Shown here: piece after piece, positions 25,695 to 39,740 of the stretch
How positions within the stretch are numbered: the first letter of the stretch is position 1
Layout of the letters: every line of letters begins with the position of its first letter
Source of the DNA: the human T2T-CHM13v2.0 reference genome, Homo sapiens
Assembly: GCF_009914755.1 (NCBI RefSeq)
Contig: NC_060930.1
Strand: one strand, 5' to 3'
DNA length: 64,000 bases
Notes under the pieces: model-generated
The model's database searches: none
Told to the model about the DNA's origin: nothing
Seen by the model: the letters and a program-made list of their open reading frames with translations, nothing else
Program-made: the position numbers and the translations under genes

Positions 25695-26700
25695 TGAAGT
25701 TCTCAACCCTAGTTATGCATTAGAATCACCTGAGGAGCTTTGAAAAATACAGATACCTGAGAAAAATGTAGCAAGCACTTTACAAAAGAGGCTACCTAGT
25801 GACCAGTGAACACATCCAGGTGCTCAGCTTCACTAGTCATCGGGGAAACACAGAATAAACCACAGTGTGATCCCACTACACACTCCATAGGCCGGCGAAG
25901 ATGAAAAGCACAGACAATACCAAATTCTGGCTGGCACGTGGCATAACCAGAACTCTAATTCACTGCTGGTGGCAGTGTAAATTGCACAATCACATCCAAA
26001 AGCTGCTTGGTGGGATCTAAACTGAACATACACATAACGGCCTGACCTAGCACTTTCATCAGAGCATACCCACAGAAATGCCTCATATATCCACCAAAGA
26101 CACAAATAGGAACGTTCATAGCAGAACTCTTCATAGGAACCCAAACCAGAAATGATCCATATGCTCATCAATCAAAGAACTGATCAATAAAGAGTGGCAT
26201 ATTCATACAGTGAGCTTCTAGAGAGCAGTGAGAATGAGTAAATACAGCTATAAGCGACAACATAGATGTTTCTCATATAATGTTAAGTAAATGAAGCTGT
26301 GCACAAAAGAAAGGACTCGCTTTTTTAATCCATTTGTAAGAAGCTCAGAAACAGGCAAAACTAATCTAAGATGTCAGAAAGAATATTGGTGAACTTCAGG
26401 GGGTGACTGGGAGGAAGCCTGGGGGATTCTGGGTGGCTGGCAACGCAGTGCTCTGTTTCTTGATGTGGGTGACAGTTACATAGGTGTGTTCAGTTTGCAA
26501 ACATTCATCAAGTTGTGCACACTTAGGAAGTGTACACTTTTCTAAAGAATGTTATGTGTCAATATTTAAAAAAAAATACATTAATACCTAGCCTCTACCT
26601 TCAGAGATTCTGATTCTGTTAGTCTGGGCTTCAGGCCTGGCATGAGTATGTCAGGTCGTCCCAGGAGGATCTAGTGTGCAGGCAGGACTGAGAATCCTGG
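25695..26700. mobile_element. MER5 MITE split by an L1 insertion
   Basis: Left part 'ttctcaacc...cattagaatcacctgaggagcttt'; right part 'agagattctgattctgttagtctggg...gactgagaa'; 'aaaaataca..atacct' duplicated around the insert. Confidence 0.65.
25765..26578 (+). mobile_element. L1M (MB/MC/ME-class) 3' end
   Basis: ORF2 C-terminal remnant 'cttcactagtcatcggggaaa...cactacac', 3'UTR 'aaaacaggcaaaactaatcta' and A-tail. Confidence 0.8.
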
Positions 26701-26759
26701 ACTTAGGGAATGAGGGTTGGAGTCAAAAGCAGCAAGCTTAGAAGACTGGTCCTTCCACA

Positions 26760-26930
26760 AACTTGCTGGCATAAGCTACTGAGTCTCTCTGGATCTGTTT
26801 TTCCCCCGAGTCAGGAAAAGGGGACAATAATTATGTACCCGTACCCACTGCATAGGGTTTTTGCAAGGAACAGATGGGATTGTGTTTGTACAGCACTCTC
26901 CACTGTGCCTGCCTGTACAGTGAGTGCTCC
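26760..26930 (+). mobile_element. MIR SINE running into the VNTR
   Basis: 'tctctggatctgtttttccc...catagggtttttgcaagga...cactgtgcctgcctgtacagtgagtgctc'. Confidence 0.65.
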
Positions 26931-27630
26931 ATGATGACAACAAACCAGTGAGTGCTCCATGATGGCAGCAAAGCACAGTGAGTGCTCCATGATAACAAAA
27001 ACCAGAGTGAGTGCTCCACGGTGGCAGCAAACCACAGTGAGTGCTCCATGATGACGACAAACCACAGTGAGTGCTCCATGATGGCAGCAAACCACAGTGC
27101 TCCATGATAACAAAAACCAGAGTGAGTGCTCCACGGTGGCAATAAACCACAGTGAGTGCTCCATGGTGGCAGCAAACCACAGTGAGTGCTCCACAATGAC
27201 AACAAACCACCGTGAGTGCTCCACAATGACAGCAAACCACAGTGAGTACTCCACAATGACAACAAACCACCATTAGTGCTCCACAATGATAGCAAACTAC
27301 AGTGAGTGCTCCATGATGACAACAAACCACAGTGAGTGCTCCACAATGACAACAAACCACGGTGAGTGTTCCAGGATGACAGGAATACACAGTGAGTGCT
27401 CCATGATGACAATAAACCACCGTTAGTGCTCCACAATGACAGCAAACCACAGTGAGTACTCCACAATGACAACAAACCACCTTTAGTGCTCCACAATGAC
27501 AACAAACCACCGCTAGTGCTCCACAATGATAGCAAACTACAGTGAGTGCTCCATGATGACAACAAACTACAGTGAGTACTCCACAATGACAACAAACTAC
27601 GGTGAGTGTTTCAGGGTGACAGCAATCCAC
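26917..27630. repeat. 30-bp minisatellite (VNTR), ~23-24 copies
   Basis: Unit 'acagtgagtgctccayratgacarcaaacc'. Confidence 0.98.
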
Positions 27631-29426
27631 AGAAATGGCTGATCCAAGATTGCTTTATCTCCCATCCTGCCTCAGGATATCTTTGGCCCACCAGAAGCCA
27701 GGATCCCGGGACTGGGAGGCAGAAAGCCTGGACTCTAGACTGGGACACTGAGAAAGGAGGCTGGGCAAGCCACATCCCCTTTTCAGACCTTAGTTTCCCC
27801 AGGGGTAACACCCAAGTGTTCCACAAGAAAAACTAATGTCCCTCCTGGATCTGACATTCAGGAAATGCCATTATCCATCTCTGAGCTGCTGTTACAGCTG
27901 AGGAGATCACCTCCTTTGCCTGCATCCCCCTCCCACACCCCTGCCCAGGAGTATCATATGTCAAGACAGAACCACTGTGGCTGAAGAATCAGAGGAGATT
28001 CCCGACTCCCGGCGGACCCCATACTACATGGAGGTCAAACAGTGCCTCTGCTTAAGCTCAGCTAAGAGAAGGGCATTTCCATCAATTTTATAGGCCTAAC
28101 TTCCTCCACCTGTTCTTTCCCCACCTTCCCACATAAGAAAAAAGGTGAGGAGAAAGAAAACAAGAGAGTTGCCGCTTTCCCCTTTGTCCAAGGGCCTTTG
28201 TCAGCCTTTGCTATTCCTAACTACCTAATGCCCCACGTGAATCTTGAAGACCTTTAATTCTAGATCTGCCCTGCCAGACAGGGTGAGGCAGGCATTCTTT
28301 ACCTCCCCGCCTCCACCCGGGTGTCAGGGACTGCATCTAGGAAGAAAGCCTGGAACCTCACAGGTTTAACCGAAATATTCTAGCTCAATTAAGCAAGCAG
28401 GAATGGCAGTGAGGAAAGCCAGCATGCAGATGTTGCAAAGCTATTCTGCCTTCAGAAGGTGTCATCCCGCTAGCAGGGAGTGGGGAAGGGGGCCAAGCTG
28501 GAAAGTTTGCTACCCCTTTGAGTTCACTAAGTCTGTTCCAATATCAGTCATCTGAATGTTTAAGAATACCACAGCTCAGCTCCCAGATGGGGAAGTAGGG
28601 GCAAATGGATGTGGGGATGACTGTCAATCAGGCAATGGAGCAGATGTCTGAGGAAGTCAGCCCTTTATTTATCTTCTCCCAGGAAGCCACCTCTGAGAGG
28701 TGGCCAGAGACCTTAACACTCTGCACCAGGCCTGGTCCCCAGGGCTGGGGCTGGGCCACATTGAGGGAAGTGAGCCATTCCTTCTAGTGACCATGCATAA
28801 TTTTGCTAACCTCCTCATACAGCCCACAAGCCAATGTATTCAATTTGTTGAAGTTAAGGAGAATGACAATTTTAGCTCCTGCAACAAATGAAAAAGGATT
28901 ACTCTGAAAGAGAAGAGAATCTGTTTTTCTATGGCAGTGGATCGAAAGTGTTTATCAGCTGTGACAAGAGAATTTCATCTGCCTTTAAATGACATATGAA
29001 GTTGTTTATCACCCCCAGACCTAAAATGTTTAACTTTAAAAGTTTAAATACTAAAGGAGGACTTTATGAAGACTGGTAGAGACACATATGTACTCCCAGA
29101 AAGTCAGCAAATACTTAGCTCACTTTTGCTGAGCACTTCATGTGCATGAGAGAAAAGGATACAGAGACAAGGTCCAGAGAGGGCGACATGCAGAATGACA
29201 AACACTGAGAGAACCTGGAAAGACAGACAGATACACATGTACTAAGCTAAGAGGTGAAGACAGAGGGTGAGAGGCCTCTACAATCAGAGAGAGTAAAAAT
29301 GTTTCATGACTGCAGAACAAGATATAAATACATCAAGGAGGATAGAAGATCCATCAAAACCACAGATCAACAAATAGCGTTTGTTTTAGTCATCTCTTCA
29401 CCTCCAGCACTAAGGATCCCTGGCCA

Positions 29427-29747
29427 CATCCCCTACAGAGTCCACTATTCCAGAGCTTTCTACTTCTCTTACTTCTGGCAGATCTTTGACCCAGAAGGTA
29501 CACTGTGATGAGCAATTTTCCACATCCCTGAGGGTTATGGTATAAACCTGTCTTGCTAAGATGGAGGATTCTTGCTGTAAGAGCTGGGACTTATGGCTCC
29601 AAGCCCATCTGTGGAGGGCGATCAGACCAGCAGGGCCAACTGGTTGGTTGGTTCCATGAGGGCTAAAGAGCAGAAGCATGATCCTCTCAGACAATCCTGC
29701 CGGATTTGGGAGAAGGGACAGAAATTACGAAGGGTGAAGATGAACAG
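29427..29747 (+). repeat. Local direct duplication B, copy 2
   Basis: Co-linear with 24972-25299. Confidence 0.93.
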
Positions 29748-31234
29748 GCAAGCCAAGGTGAGACAGGATATGAGTCCTCTGGTTGGTCAGGGATGGTGTG
29801 TGGTGAGAGGAGGTCCACTGAAGGATGTGCAGTAACAAAGAAGAACTATTTCTACTGGATCCACAGGCATGCTACTGAGGCCCTGTGGGAGGGACCCCTG
29901 GCTAAAAATCTCTCTCTGGTTTTTGATGTGACTTAAAATATCTTTGCATCCATCGGGGTGCTTTCAGCTGTACACAACAGAATATCCAACTAAAGCGATA
30001 TTTGTTTTTTGCATTACAAAAATCTAGAGGTAGACCATTTCAGAGTTGGTTACCAGCTAGTCACAAAGTTCAGCTCGGATTCAAGGAGAGAGGACATAGG
30101 ACCTACATCTTGACCAGAACAGTGTGAAAGAATTTGAGAAGCAAAAAAATGTCTAAAAATAAATGAGCGTTGTTTTGGACAACTGAATTTTGAGTTGGTA
30201 TGTTACACAGCATTATGTTGGCAATGGCTGACTGATACACTTTTAAAATCATCTCTTGCTGTCAGTTGATTACTATTGTAAGGTTGGCTTTGTCCAGAGG
30301 AAATGGAGCTCAAGAAAGGCCATCTAAAGTGGTCTCCTAAGTGCTTCCAATTCTCTCCTGCTTTCATCTCCTTTCCCTCCTCAATCACCCTCTAGACTGA
30401 TGGAGGCCGCAGAAGTCCGCAGGCCCTCAGCTCCCATTCTCCTTCATGTTGTGGCCGTTTCTCTGCTGTATCCACTATTCTTGGATTTCTCATTACTGGC
30501 AAGGCTGCACAATACCTGCTAGGGCCTCCAATTTTGCTGCTCTCAAAGCTTCCTCTGCGGGCCTTCCTCCCTTCAAAATTCCCATTTATCCTTTGTAAAG
30601 CATGGGTTCCACAGCAGCTTTCTCAAGCCAAGGGCCAGTTCTTTTGGAAATATCACAGGCCCACCAACTTGGTGAGGCAATGAGACATTATCTCCTGCCT
30701 TTTCTCCAGGTGGCTTTGACACTTTGAATGTTTATCCATCAGTCTTCTCCAGATGGCTTCCCACAGCTCTCCTGCCCCCAAATCCTGCCTCTGTGCTCAC
30801 TGAGGAACCAGCTTCTGGTTTCCATTCCTCATCCAAAATAGAGCTGTCTTCTTTCTTGGACTCCAGGAATCCTGAGCATTCAATTGACATGTGAGTCATA
30901 AGCACTCGCCACGTGCCAGTCACCGTGCTAAGTACGCAGGCTGCACAGAGTACAGGCCTGCCCTGGAGGACTGGGCATGTGTATTGAGAGGCACAGACAA
31001 GAAAGTAAAATGGAGCCCTAAAGCTCTATTACAGGGGACTTCCTGTAGCTATCAAGAAATATTTGTTGAGCACCTACTGTGTGCAGAGCAATGTGTTTGA
31101 CTGAAGATAGAGCAGCAGCCAAAGCAGATGAAGTCCCTGCCTTTGAGAACTTCAGCCAGGAGTTTCCAGACTTACAGAATTCTGTCCCAAGTCCAGTGGG
31201 ATTCAATAAGGAGAATCACATTTCTCTAGGGACC

Positions 31235-32073
<839 letters not shown>

Positions 32074-32588
32074 TCACAAGAGGGAAACCGGCATTACATT
32101 AGGAGATACCGCTGGCCAAAATTCAAGATCCCAGACCCAGCTCTGGGCAAACCAGCTGAGGATATTTTAGGGAATCTGCTTCAATTCTAGGGCCTCAGTT
32201 TCCCCTCATTTACAATAAGAATGACGCTCCCCATCTACCACATGTCGGAGGGCTTCTGAAGCTCCTGTTGTAAAGCTCCAGTGACATAACTGGCATGGTA
32301 AGGCCCTTGGAGAGGGCAAAGCTCAGTGTGAAATGGATAGATGAAGAAGGGAAGGATGAAAAATGCACTGTGTTCTCCCAGGCAGCACTCCTGGCCCTGA
32401 TGATCTGGGTTTAATCCGGGAGGGGTGAGGTCTCTGTTCCTGTCGCTCCCCATCCTCAAGGGATCAATATTGGAATTCAAAGCCATGAAAAGTTATTCCT
32501 ATGTGGTATTTCCTATTCTTATTGCCTCAAAACAATATTCTATTCTTATGTATTTGTTGTTATTGTTTGCTGGCTTTTATTGGTTTAA

Positions 32589-32685
32589 TCTCCCCTCAGA
32601 CTGGGGCTCCCTGAGGACAGTGCTGCATCTCCCTCAGACTGAGGCTCCCTGAGGTTGGGACTGTGTCTCCCTCAGACCAGGCTCC
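32589..32685. repeat. ~38-39 bp tandem array (L2-derived unit), 2.5 copies
   Basis: 'tctccc(c)tcagactgrggctccctgagg' repeated. Confidence 0.8.
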
Positions 32686-33399
32686 ATTAAGTAAGAGCTT
32701 GTCTTCCTTTCCTATTATTGCCAATTGTGGTTCTAAGCATGGATACTTGTAGCAGAACTCCTAAGGCTGGGGGTTCCCACAGCAGATTCAGGACTCTTTA
32801 AACAGATCTGGGAACTTGGGAGGTAAGGAGGCTGGGATCCTGGTCTGAACTGCCATGGAGCAGAGCCCTGTGATGTGAGGATGTCCTCATTCTGTTTGTG
32901 TAACTTTCCACTTGACTTATTTATAGGTGCCCACACTGAGTGAGTTTACTGTCTGTGGAGTCTGCCACATTTCAGGATCTTTGTGCCGGAGGGGCTAGGC
33001 GGGGAAGGAGAGGAGTAGAGGGTGTCGGGAGGAGGACAGGGAGGAACTTCAGGACAGAGGCTCAGTGAAATATGCCCAGGCCCCCAGAGTTCCTAGACTC
33101 CCACAAATTGTATGAGTGTCAATCTGTGCCATTTCACATAATATTTTTATAAAGAAAGTTTAGGTATAGAATGCCTTCCTGGAGGATGAAATTCAATGCT
33201 GCCTGGATGCCTGACCTGACCCAAATCAGAAGTGGGATGACCCGTTTTTGGCTCTAATTCTTACCTCTCTAGGCCCTCTGTCTTGTAGGCTCCAACCCGC
33301 CTGACCTGTATGCCCTGCCTCTACGCTTACCTACCTATGGCCCTCACCTGCAGGGCTCCGTTCTGGGAGAGGGAACCCCTGTCCATCCTACCACCTTAT

Positions 33400-33560
33400 T
33401 GAGCAGCCCGAATGCATTTAACTCATTTCCCCTCACAACAATCTTATGAAGAGTGACTTGTGTTATTCCCATTTTACAGATGAAGAAACTGAGGAACAGG
33501 GAAATTAAGTGATTTGCCCAGGGTCACACAGCTAGTGGCAGAGGTGGCTTGAACCCATGT
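33400..33560 (-). mobile_element. MIR SINE
   Basis: 'cccattttacagatgaagaaactgagg...gcccagggtcacacagctag'. Confidence 0.85.
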
Positions 33561-33976
33561 CATCTGCTGGCGATGGTGAGCAGTTCCCAGAACAAGGGGA
33601 TTTAGAGCTTCTTCCTACAACCTACCCAGGACCCATCAGCACCCCAGTCCCTTGCCGTGCTCTCCTCTTCCCTTCCTTTCCATGCAGTCAGCATCTTTGT
33701 TCACGCTGAAAGCTTTACTTGTTTATAAGCTTACCAGGGGTTGTCTGTTCACTGTGAGCCTGTAGGCTCCCTGAGGGCAGCCTTGTCAGCCAGCTTTGTT
33801 CCCTGCTGCTTTGCAGCTCTGGAACAGGACCTGTCACAGAGAGGCCACTCTGTACATGCTTGTAGAATCAAAAAAGGAGTGATTTAGGGAGTGGTCACCC
33901 AAGTAGTAGCCTTCTCTGTTTAAACAGTTTTTCCCAGTCACAGCAGCGAGGCCCCAGATGCAGTCTAGGCAGATTG

Positions 33977-34013
33977 CGTGTGTGCCTCTGAGTGTGTGTG
34001 TCTGTGTGTGTGC

Positions 34014-34052
<39 letters not shown>
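33977..34052. repeat. (TG)n microsatellite
   Basis: Directly visible. Confidence 0.95.
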
Positions 34053-34056
<4 letters not shown>

Positions 34057-34163
34057 AGCAGTATCCTGGCTGGAAGCTGTCAGCCCATTGGGCTGGCTGG
34101 GCTGTGAGCTGCCTGTGTCTCGTGGCAGCCTAATCATGCCTGACAGATCGACTAGGGGAGAAA

Positions 34164-34185
34164 GTTGCTGCGTCTCTATCGCAAC
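34164..34185. promoter_or_regulatory. RFX X-box-like motif
   Basis: GTCTCTATCGCAAC at 34172-34185, plus an extra GTTGC half-site at 34164. Confidence 0.3.
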
Positions 34186-36127
34186 AGACAGAGTGAGCAT
34201 GTCTCCACTTAACATTTCCCATACACAGGAAGGCAGGAGGTGCAGGCTGGGGTGGATAGGAGGGGGTCAGGCATGGAGCGTGAGCAGGAGGTCTGTAGAG
34301 AGACAGAGGGAATGGGGGGTGGGGGGGGGTGCAGCACACTGAGTGAGCATGGACGAGCCAGAGGAGCTGCGGGAAGAGGTTGGAAGACAAGGGAGGCAGA
34401 TATGGAGCTGATGGGGCTCGTCCCCATGGTGTGTGCAGGGAGCCCCAGGTCCACAGACATCCTCGTTGGAGAAGCATTGCCCTCTCCCTTGGATCAGCAG
34501 GGTGGTTGCTCGGACAACCTGCAGGCCCACAGACCTTGGGTGGCCCTGAAGCCTGGCTCTGAACTGCACTCAGGAAGGGAGTGAAGCAGAGTGAAAGTGT
34601 TCAGGAACCTTCAGAGATGAACCATCTGCCATGGGCTCCCCTCCTATGGCTGAATGATCAATGGCCACTCAGCCTTCAGCTGGGAGGGGAGGAAGAGCTC
34701 TGGCTGGACTGAGAAAGCTGCAGAGGTCCTTGGAAACATCAGTCTACCCCTTCTGGTTTTATCCAGGAGGCAATGGGTCTAGAGAAGGGAAGGAACTCTC
34801 CCGGGCCATTTATTGACCCACCACCAGTGGCTTCTCTTACAGATGCTGAGCCTGGTGGGTGCCTGGGGTGACAGTGGTTCTCCTGGATCTGTCTTCTCTG
34901 TCCTAGAGGCTTCACAGTGGGGGACTTATAACAACTGTCACATTAGACCCTAGAGAGAAAGTTGCTGCCTCCAGCTCAGCACATGGTCTTCTCTGCAATT
35001 CCACAGGGGTTACAGGATGCAATGAAGACCCCGGGTTTTCACCCAGACCACTCCACTCCAGGTGAAGAGACCTATGGCTTCTAGAAACCTGGCCACTAAT
35101 GTTCTGAATCATTATACTTTTTAAATAGGGACAGTCTTAGTGGCAGATATTATATGCCACCAAGCCACCCCTTATATTGTGTTTTTTGTCAAACTTGTAA
35201 ATGTTACTGATTAACTGGGGTTAAAAAAACCCATATATATATTCAAAATTTTATTTTAGAATGCTTAGCAGGGGGAACAAACTAGACAGATCCAACAATG
35301 ATAACAGTCATTATTATTGGGAAATTAGGTCTGGGAATTATAATCATATTTTTTGCATCCCCTGTATTTTATAATTAGAACAATAGGCATTACTCTCCTA
35401 AAAGTAGTATGCCTGGTTTTGAATACACAAAGGATCTCAGTTTCATAAATAAAACACACATAGCAAAATATCTCAAAATTAAAAGTTTTAAACATAATAG
35501 TGGCTGTGTTGTGAAGCTGTGAGTGATTTCTTCTTTTCTTCTATTTCTTCTCCTCCTCTCAAAATCAGCTGCATTACTAACATAGGGGGTACAGGGTGAG
35601 TGTGGGTGGGGAGGGGAGGACAATATTTCTAACAAACAAAACATTCATTTGCACTGTTCTTCCTCACCATCATCAGGAGAGGCCCAGCAGAGAGGAAGAT
35701 AATTGTAGCTTTACTCAAAGCTCTGGGCTGGAGGCCCTTGGAAAGACACACACAATGAAATCAGTTCAACAATCAGCAGACATTGTTAATGGCCTTCCTG
35801 AATCTGCTCCCTCCCTTTGTGTCTCTGGCTGTATTCCAATGATCATCCTCTTCGCAGAGGCGAGATGTGCTGCCAGTGTCCTTTGGCCCTGACAGGACCC
35901 CAGCGCTTCTCCACGGCACACCATCGGCATTTATGATACAGACGTGGAGCATCTCTGCCCGCCAGGGACTGTATGCTCAGAGAGGCCCCAGATGTTACAT
36001 CTTCCAAAAGCTCCTCCCCACATGTGCAAATGTTCCCCAGTGAGGCTGCTACATACACCTTGGTTGAAACCCCCTGGAAGCCAATTGCCATGCCTGTATT
36101 TCCTTTGCTACCAATTTAAGGAAAGTC

Positions 36128-36566
36128 AGGGGTTAGAGGTTGAATCGCGTCCCTCCAGAAAAGATATATTGAAATCATGAACCCCAGTACCTGTGAATTT
36201 TACCTTATTTGGAAATAGGGTCTTTACAGACGTAGTCAAGTTAAGACAAAGTCGTTAAGGAGGGCCCTAGTGCAATGTGACTGGTATCGTTATAAAAAGA
36301 GGGAAGTTTGGACACAGACACATGCAGAGGGAGGACTAGGTGAAAAGACATGAAAGATGAGTTACCGTGCCACAAGCCAGGGAATACCAAAGCTGCAGAG
36401 ATGGAAGGGACAAGAAAAGACCCTTCTACCACATATTCAGGAAGAGCATGGTCCTGCTGAAGCCTTGCTTTTGACTTTAAGCCTCCAGAACTGTGAGAAT
36501 ATACATTTCTGTTCTAAGCCACCCAGTTTGTGATGCTTTGGTACAGCAGCCCAGGAAACTGATATA
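36128..36566 (+). mobile_element. MLT1C-like LTR
   Basis: 'ggttgaatcgcgtccctccagaaaagatat...ccttatttggaaatagggtctttacaga...aggaaactgatata'. Confidence 0.85.
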
Positions 36567-36569
36567 GCA

Positions 36570-36870
36570 GGAGACTCTATTCTAGACAATAGCATTTGAG
36601 GGAAAGCCCATTGGGAAAGTGTTTCCTATTAATACAAAGAGACCAAAAAGAACGATGGTTTATCTGACGATGGTGTTGTGGTGTCTGTATATGGTGGTGG
36701 GAACTGCTGCAGCCATCTTGAGCATGTGAGAGACAAAGCTGATATAATAAGCTTGTAGAGAATAAAGAAGAACCTGGGTCATTAATGATGATTGTTAAAG
36801 CTTTGCAGCAATCAGCCCTGCAATCACTCAATCTTCTTATGTCAGATAGTAAATTCAAATGCCTCTTCAA
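36570..36870 (+). mobile_element. Old MLT1 (J/K-like) fragment
   Basis: 'ggaactgctgcagccatcttg...agaacctgggtcattaatga'. Confidence 0.5.
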
Positions 36871-37125
36871 TGACACACATATGATATAAATCAATCAGTC
36901 AACAGCCTAGGGCCAATGGTGGACACAAGTGAAGAAGTTGGTAAAAAGTAGCCAACCTTAGTTTGTCAATATCAGGTTCACAAGTCAATGCCCTACAATG
37001 GAGAAACCTAACACGGATATTATTTGCTTTTGTCTTAGTCAATCTTAATTTTCCAGATATAGTGACAGAAATGCATAAAAGCACAGCCTGCCTGGACAGG
37101 AAGAGAGTTTAGTCTTCATCTCATG

Positions 37126-37602
37126 CAGTGGTTCTCAAAGCATGGTCCAGGGGCCTCTGGGGCCAGTGAAGTCAAAATTATTTTTATAATAATACCGAGG
37201 TGTCATTTGCCTTTTTCACTCTGATTCTTTCACAAGCATTCAGTAGCATATTCCAGAGGCTGCATGACATGTGATATCACAACAGATTGAATGCAAAAAC
37301 AGGCATGCAAATCCAGCTGTCTTCTGATAAACCAGACATGAAAGAGAGTTCCAACAATGGAAAACAAGACCACTGTTTTTACAAACTTTTTTTGTAAAAT
37401 AGTTATTTTTTCATAAAAATATCATTTGTATTACTATGCAAAGGGTTTATGATTTTAAAATAATAATATTTTATATAAATATTTTAAAATTTCTCTGAAG
37501 ATGAAAGTATGTGTAACTCATATAAATGAAAGCTCTTTAGACTCCTTGATAATATTTAACAGTGTAAAGGGACGCTGAGACAAAAATGCTTTCAAACTGC
37601 TG
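37126..37602 (+). mobile_element. Charlie4a-like hAT DNA transposon
   Basis: 'cagtggttctcaaag...ttccagaggctgcatgacatgtgatatcacaacagattgaatgca...atccagctgtcttct'. Confidence 0.8.
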
Positions 37603-37699
37603 ATCTAGTGACACGATGGTTGACCCAGGGCAAGGAGATAGGCGCTCATTTAGCTGGGACTGTAGACAGAGGCATGGAATTGGATTAGCTGATCACAGT

Positions 37700-38150
37700 A
37701 ACAGCAAATATGTACAGGTGCCTGTAACAGGATAGGTGTTATGCAGAACATTTACACCTGTGACCTTGCATCATTTTCACAACAACTGTTTATCTTACAA
37801 CTTTCCTATGAGATAAGCAGATAGACACTGCAATACCCATTTTGCAGATGAGAAAACCATGGATTAAGTAAGACAATCCTCTGCCCAAAGTCTTACAGCC
37901 AGTAAATGCTCAAGTCAGGATTCAAATCTGACACCAAAACTAGTGTTTCTGAATCTGGTGTCTTAGCCTCTGAACTTTCATGGAGTCAAAACTTGAGCCC
38001 CAACACTTACCAGTGTTTGAACTTCAGTCCATACTCTGAGCTCCCTGGGCCTCAGTGTCCTCATCTGAATAATGAACATGGAAATATCTAGGTTGTGAGG
38101 ATCAGTGGAAATCACAGATGCGAGAACCATATGTAAATAGTAAAGTTGAT
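37700..38150. mobile_element. Two adjacent MIRs in opposite orientation
   Basis: Minus 'cccattttgcagatgagaaaac' (~37840); plus 'cctcagtgtcctcatctg' (~38050). Confidence 0.7.
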
Positions 38151-39544
38151 GTGATTATTATGACCCCTGCCTTCCAGCTGTGGTCTCTTTTGTGAGGACA
38201 ATTTTGGGGATGGTTGTGAACATTAAAAGTATGGACTCACTTTCATGTTTGAACATGTGTGTGTACGCCCACACGCACACACAAGGTGATATGTGGCATA
38301 CACATTTTTATATTAATACTCAGAGATATACTTCAGCCTGTAAATCTCTTCTCTCTCTCTCTCACACACACACACACATGCACGCACGCACACACACACA
38401 CACAGTCTCAGCAGCTTTTGTGGAGGCAGAGACTGGCTTAGCAGGGTTAATAAATGCACCAGCATCCCCACAGCTAGAAGGAGTATCCAGCACCAGGTAC
38501 TTGGCAGTGGGCCACGCCCCACCCCCATCTCTGGACCACAAACAGTCAACAGCACTTGAGATGTGACAGGCCTTTTCTGAGTTTTTTCTCTTTCAGCACA
38601 AACCTAAATAAGCACCATTTCCAGGCACTATTTTGTGAGGTGAGTAATAGAGTCTGAAACAATTATTAGATATTTACTGTAGCAAAAGCACTGAACTGAG
38701 ATGTGCTTTAAAAACACTAAACAGTAAACCAGGGAGGAAGATAGAGTGTCTGGGATCAACTCTGGAAGAGGCAGGCAGTGTCTCAGGCTGTGGCCCTGCT
38801 GCTGGCTATGGCTTGGAGGTTCCAGTGCCCTCTTCCCTCTTAGCCTTTGCAGTGGGGGGAAGAGTCTGGTTTATGCCAGCTCCCTGCCCCGATTCTTAAC
38901 CAATGTGTGTCCTTGGGCAAGCCACCTACCCTCTCTGGGCCTCAGTTTTCTCTACTATGCCCTGAGGGTTGACCAGATGACCCATATAATTCTGTGACCC
39001 CTGCAAAGTATGTCTCTGTGGTTTCACTGTACTGGGGCTAGTGTTCCCTGGAGCAAAGGGTCAGAAGTGAGTGATGGGAGAAAGGATGAGCCAGAACTTT
39101 AGACCAGGGTTTCGCATGCCTCTTACACATCTCCCAGCTCCCCAGGAAGTCTTATGAAGTATATGCATAGGGTGTTGGGGGTGCTAAGGATCAGCTCTGG
39201 CAGGGACAAAAGCCAAGAAATGGAGGCAGGGACAGAGGGAGAGACCCATGGAGGAAACAGATGAAGGCACTTTTCTGGTCCCTTATCTCTCCACGATCAC
39301 TTGCCCCTAGCTCCCTTGTGCCTGCACAACTTTGCCCCTGAAGTCCCTGCACTCACCATGCCCATCTCCCCATGACTATCCCTCCCCCTCCACTCTCTGA
39401 AATCATCTCCTCCCTCTCTCTCCTTTCTAGCTGTTGACTCTGGCTCTCAGAAACCCAGAACTATATTCCAGGCTCACCCGCAGTGGCCTTCTGGTCCTAG
39501 AAACTTGGACGCACCTATTTATCTTCTCTTGCCAACTCTTCTGT

Positions 39545-39740
39545 GAGGTGGAAAGAGCTTTTGCTTTGCAGTCAAAAGGTATGGCCTCTAGGTCCACCTC
39601 TGTCACTTACCACTGGTGGGCCCTCAGGCAAGTTCTTCTCTTTTTGAACCTCAGTTTCCTTATTTGTAATTTAGGGCTAAAATGAATACTTCTTCACAGG
39701 ATGTTTTGGTGACTACACATGAAGGCACTTTGTAAGCTGA
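39545..39740 (+). mobile_element. MIR SINE
   Basis: 'gaacctcagtttccttatttgtaa'. Confidence 0.7.

Noticed and set aside
26776-27630. 284-aa Cys/His-rich and 254-aa ORFs
   Set aside because: Products of a 30-bp VNTR with a unit divisible by 3; no gene context
26917-27630. CRISPR-like regular array
   Set aside because: Head-to-tail units without unique spacers, in eukaryotic DNA
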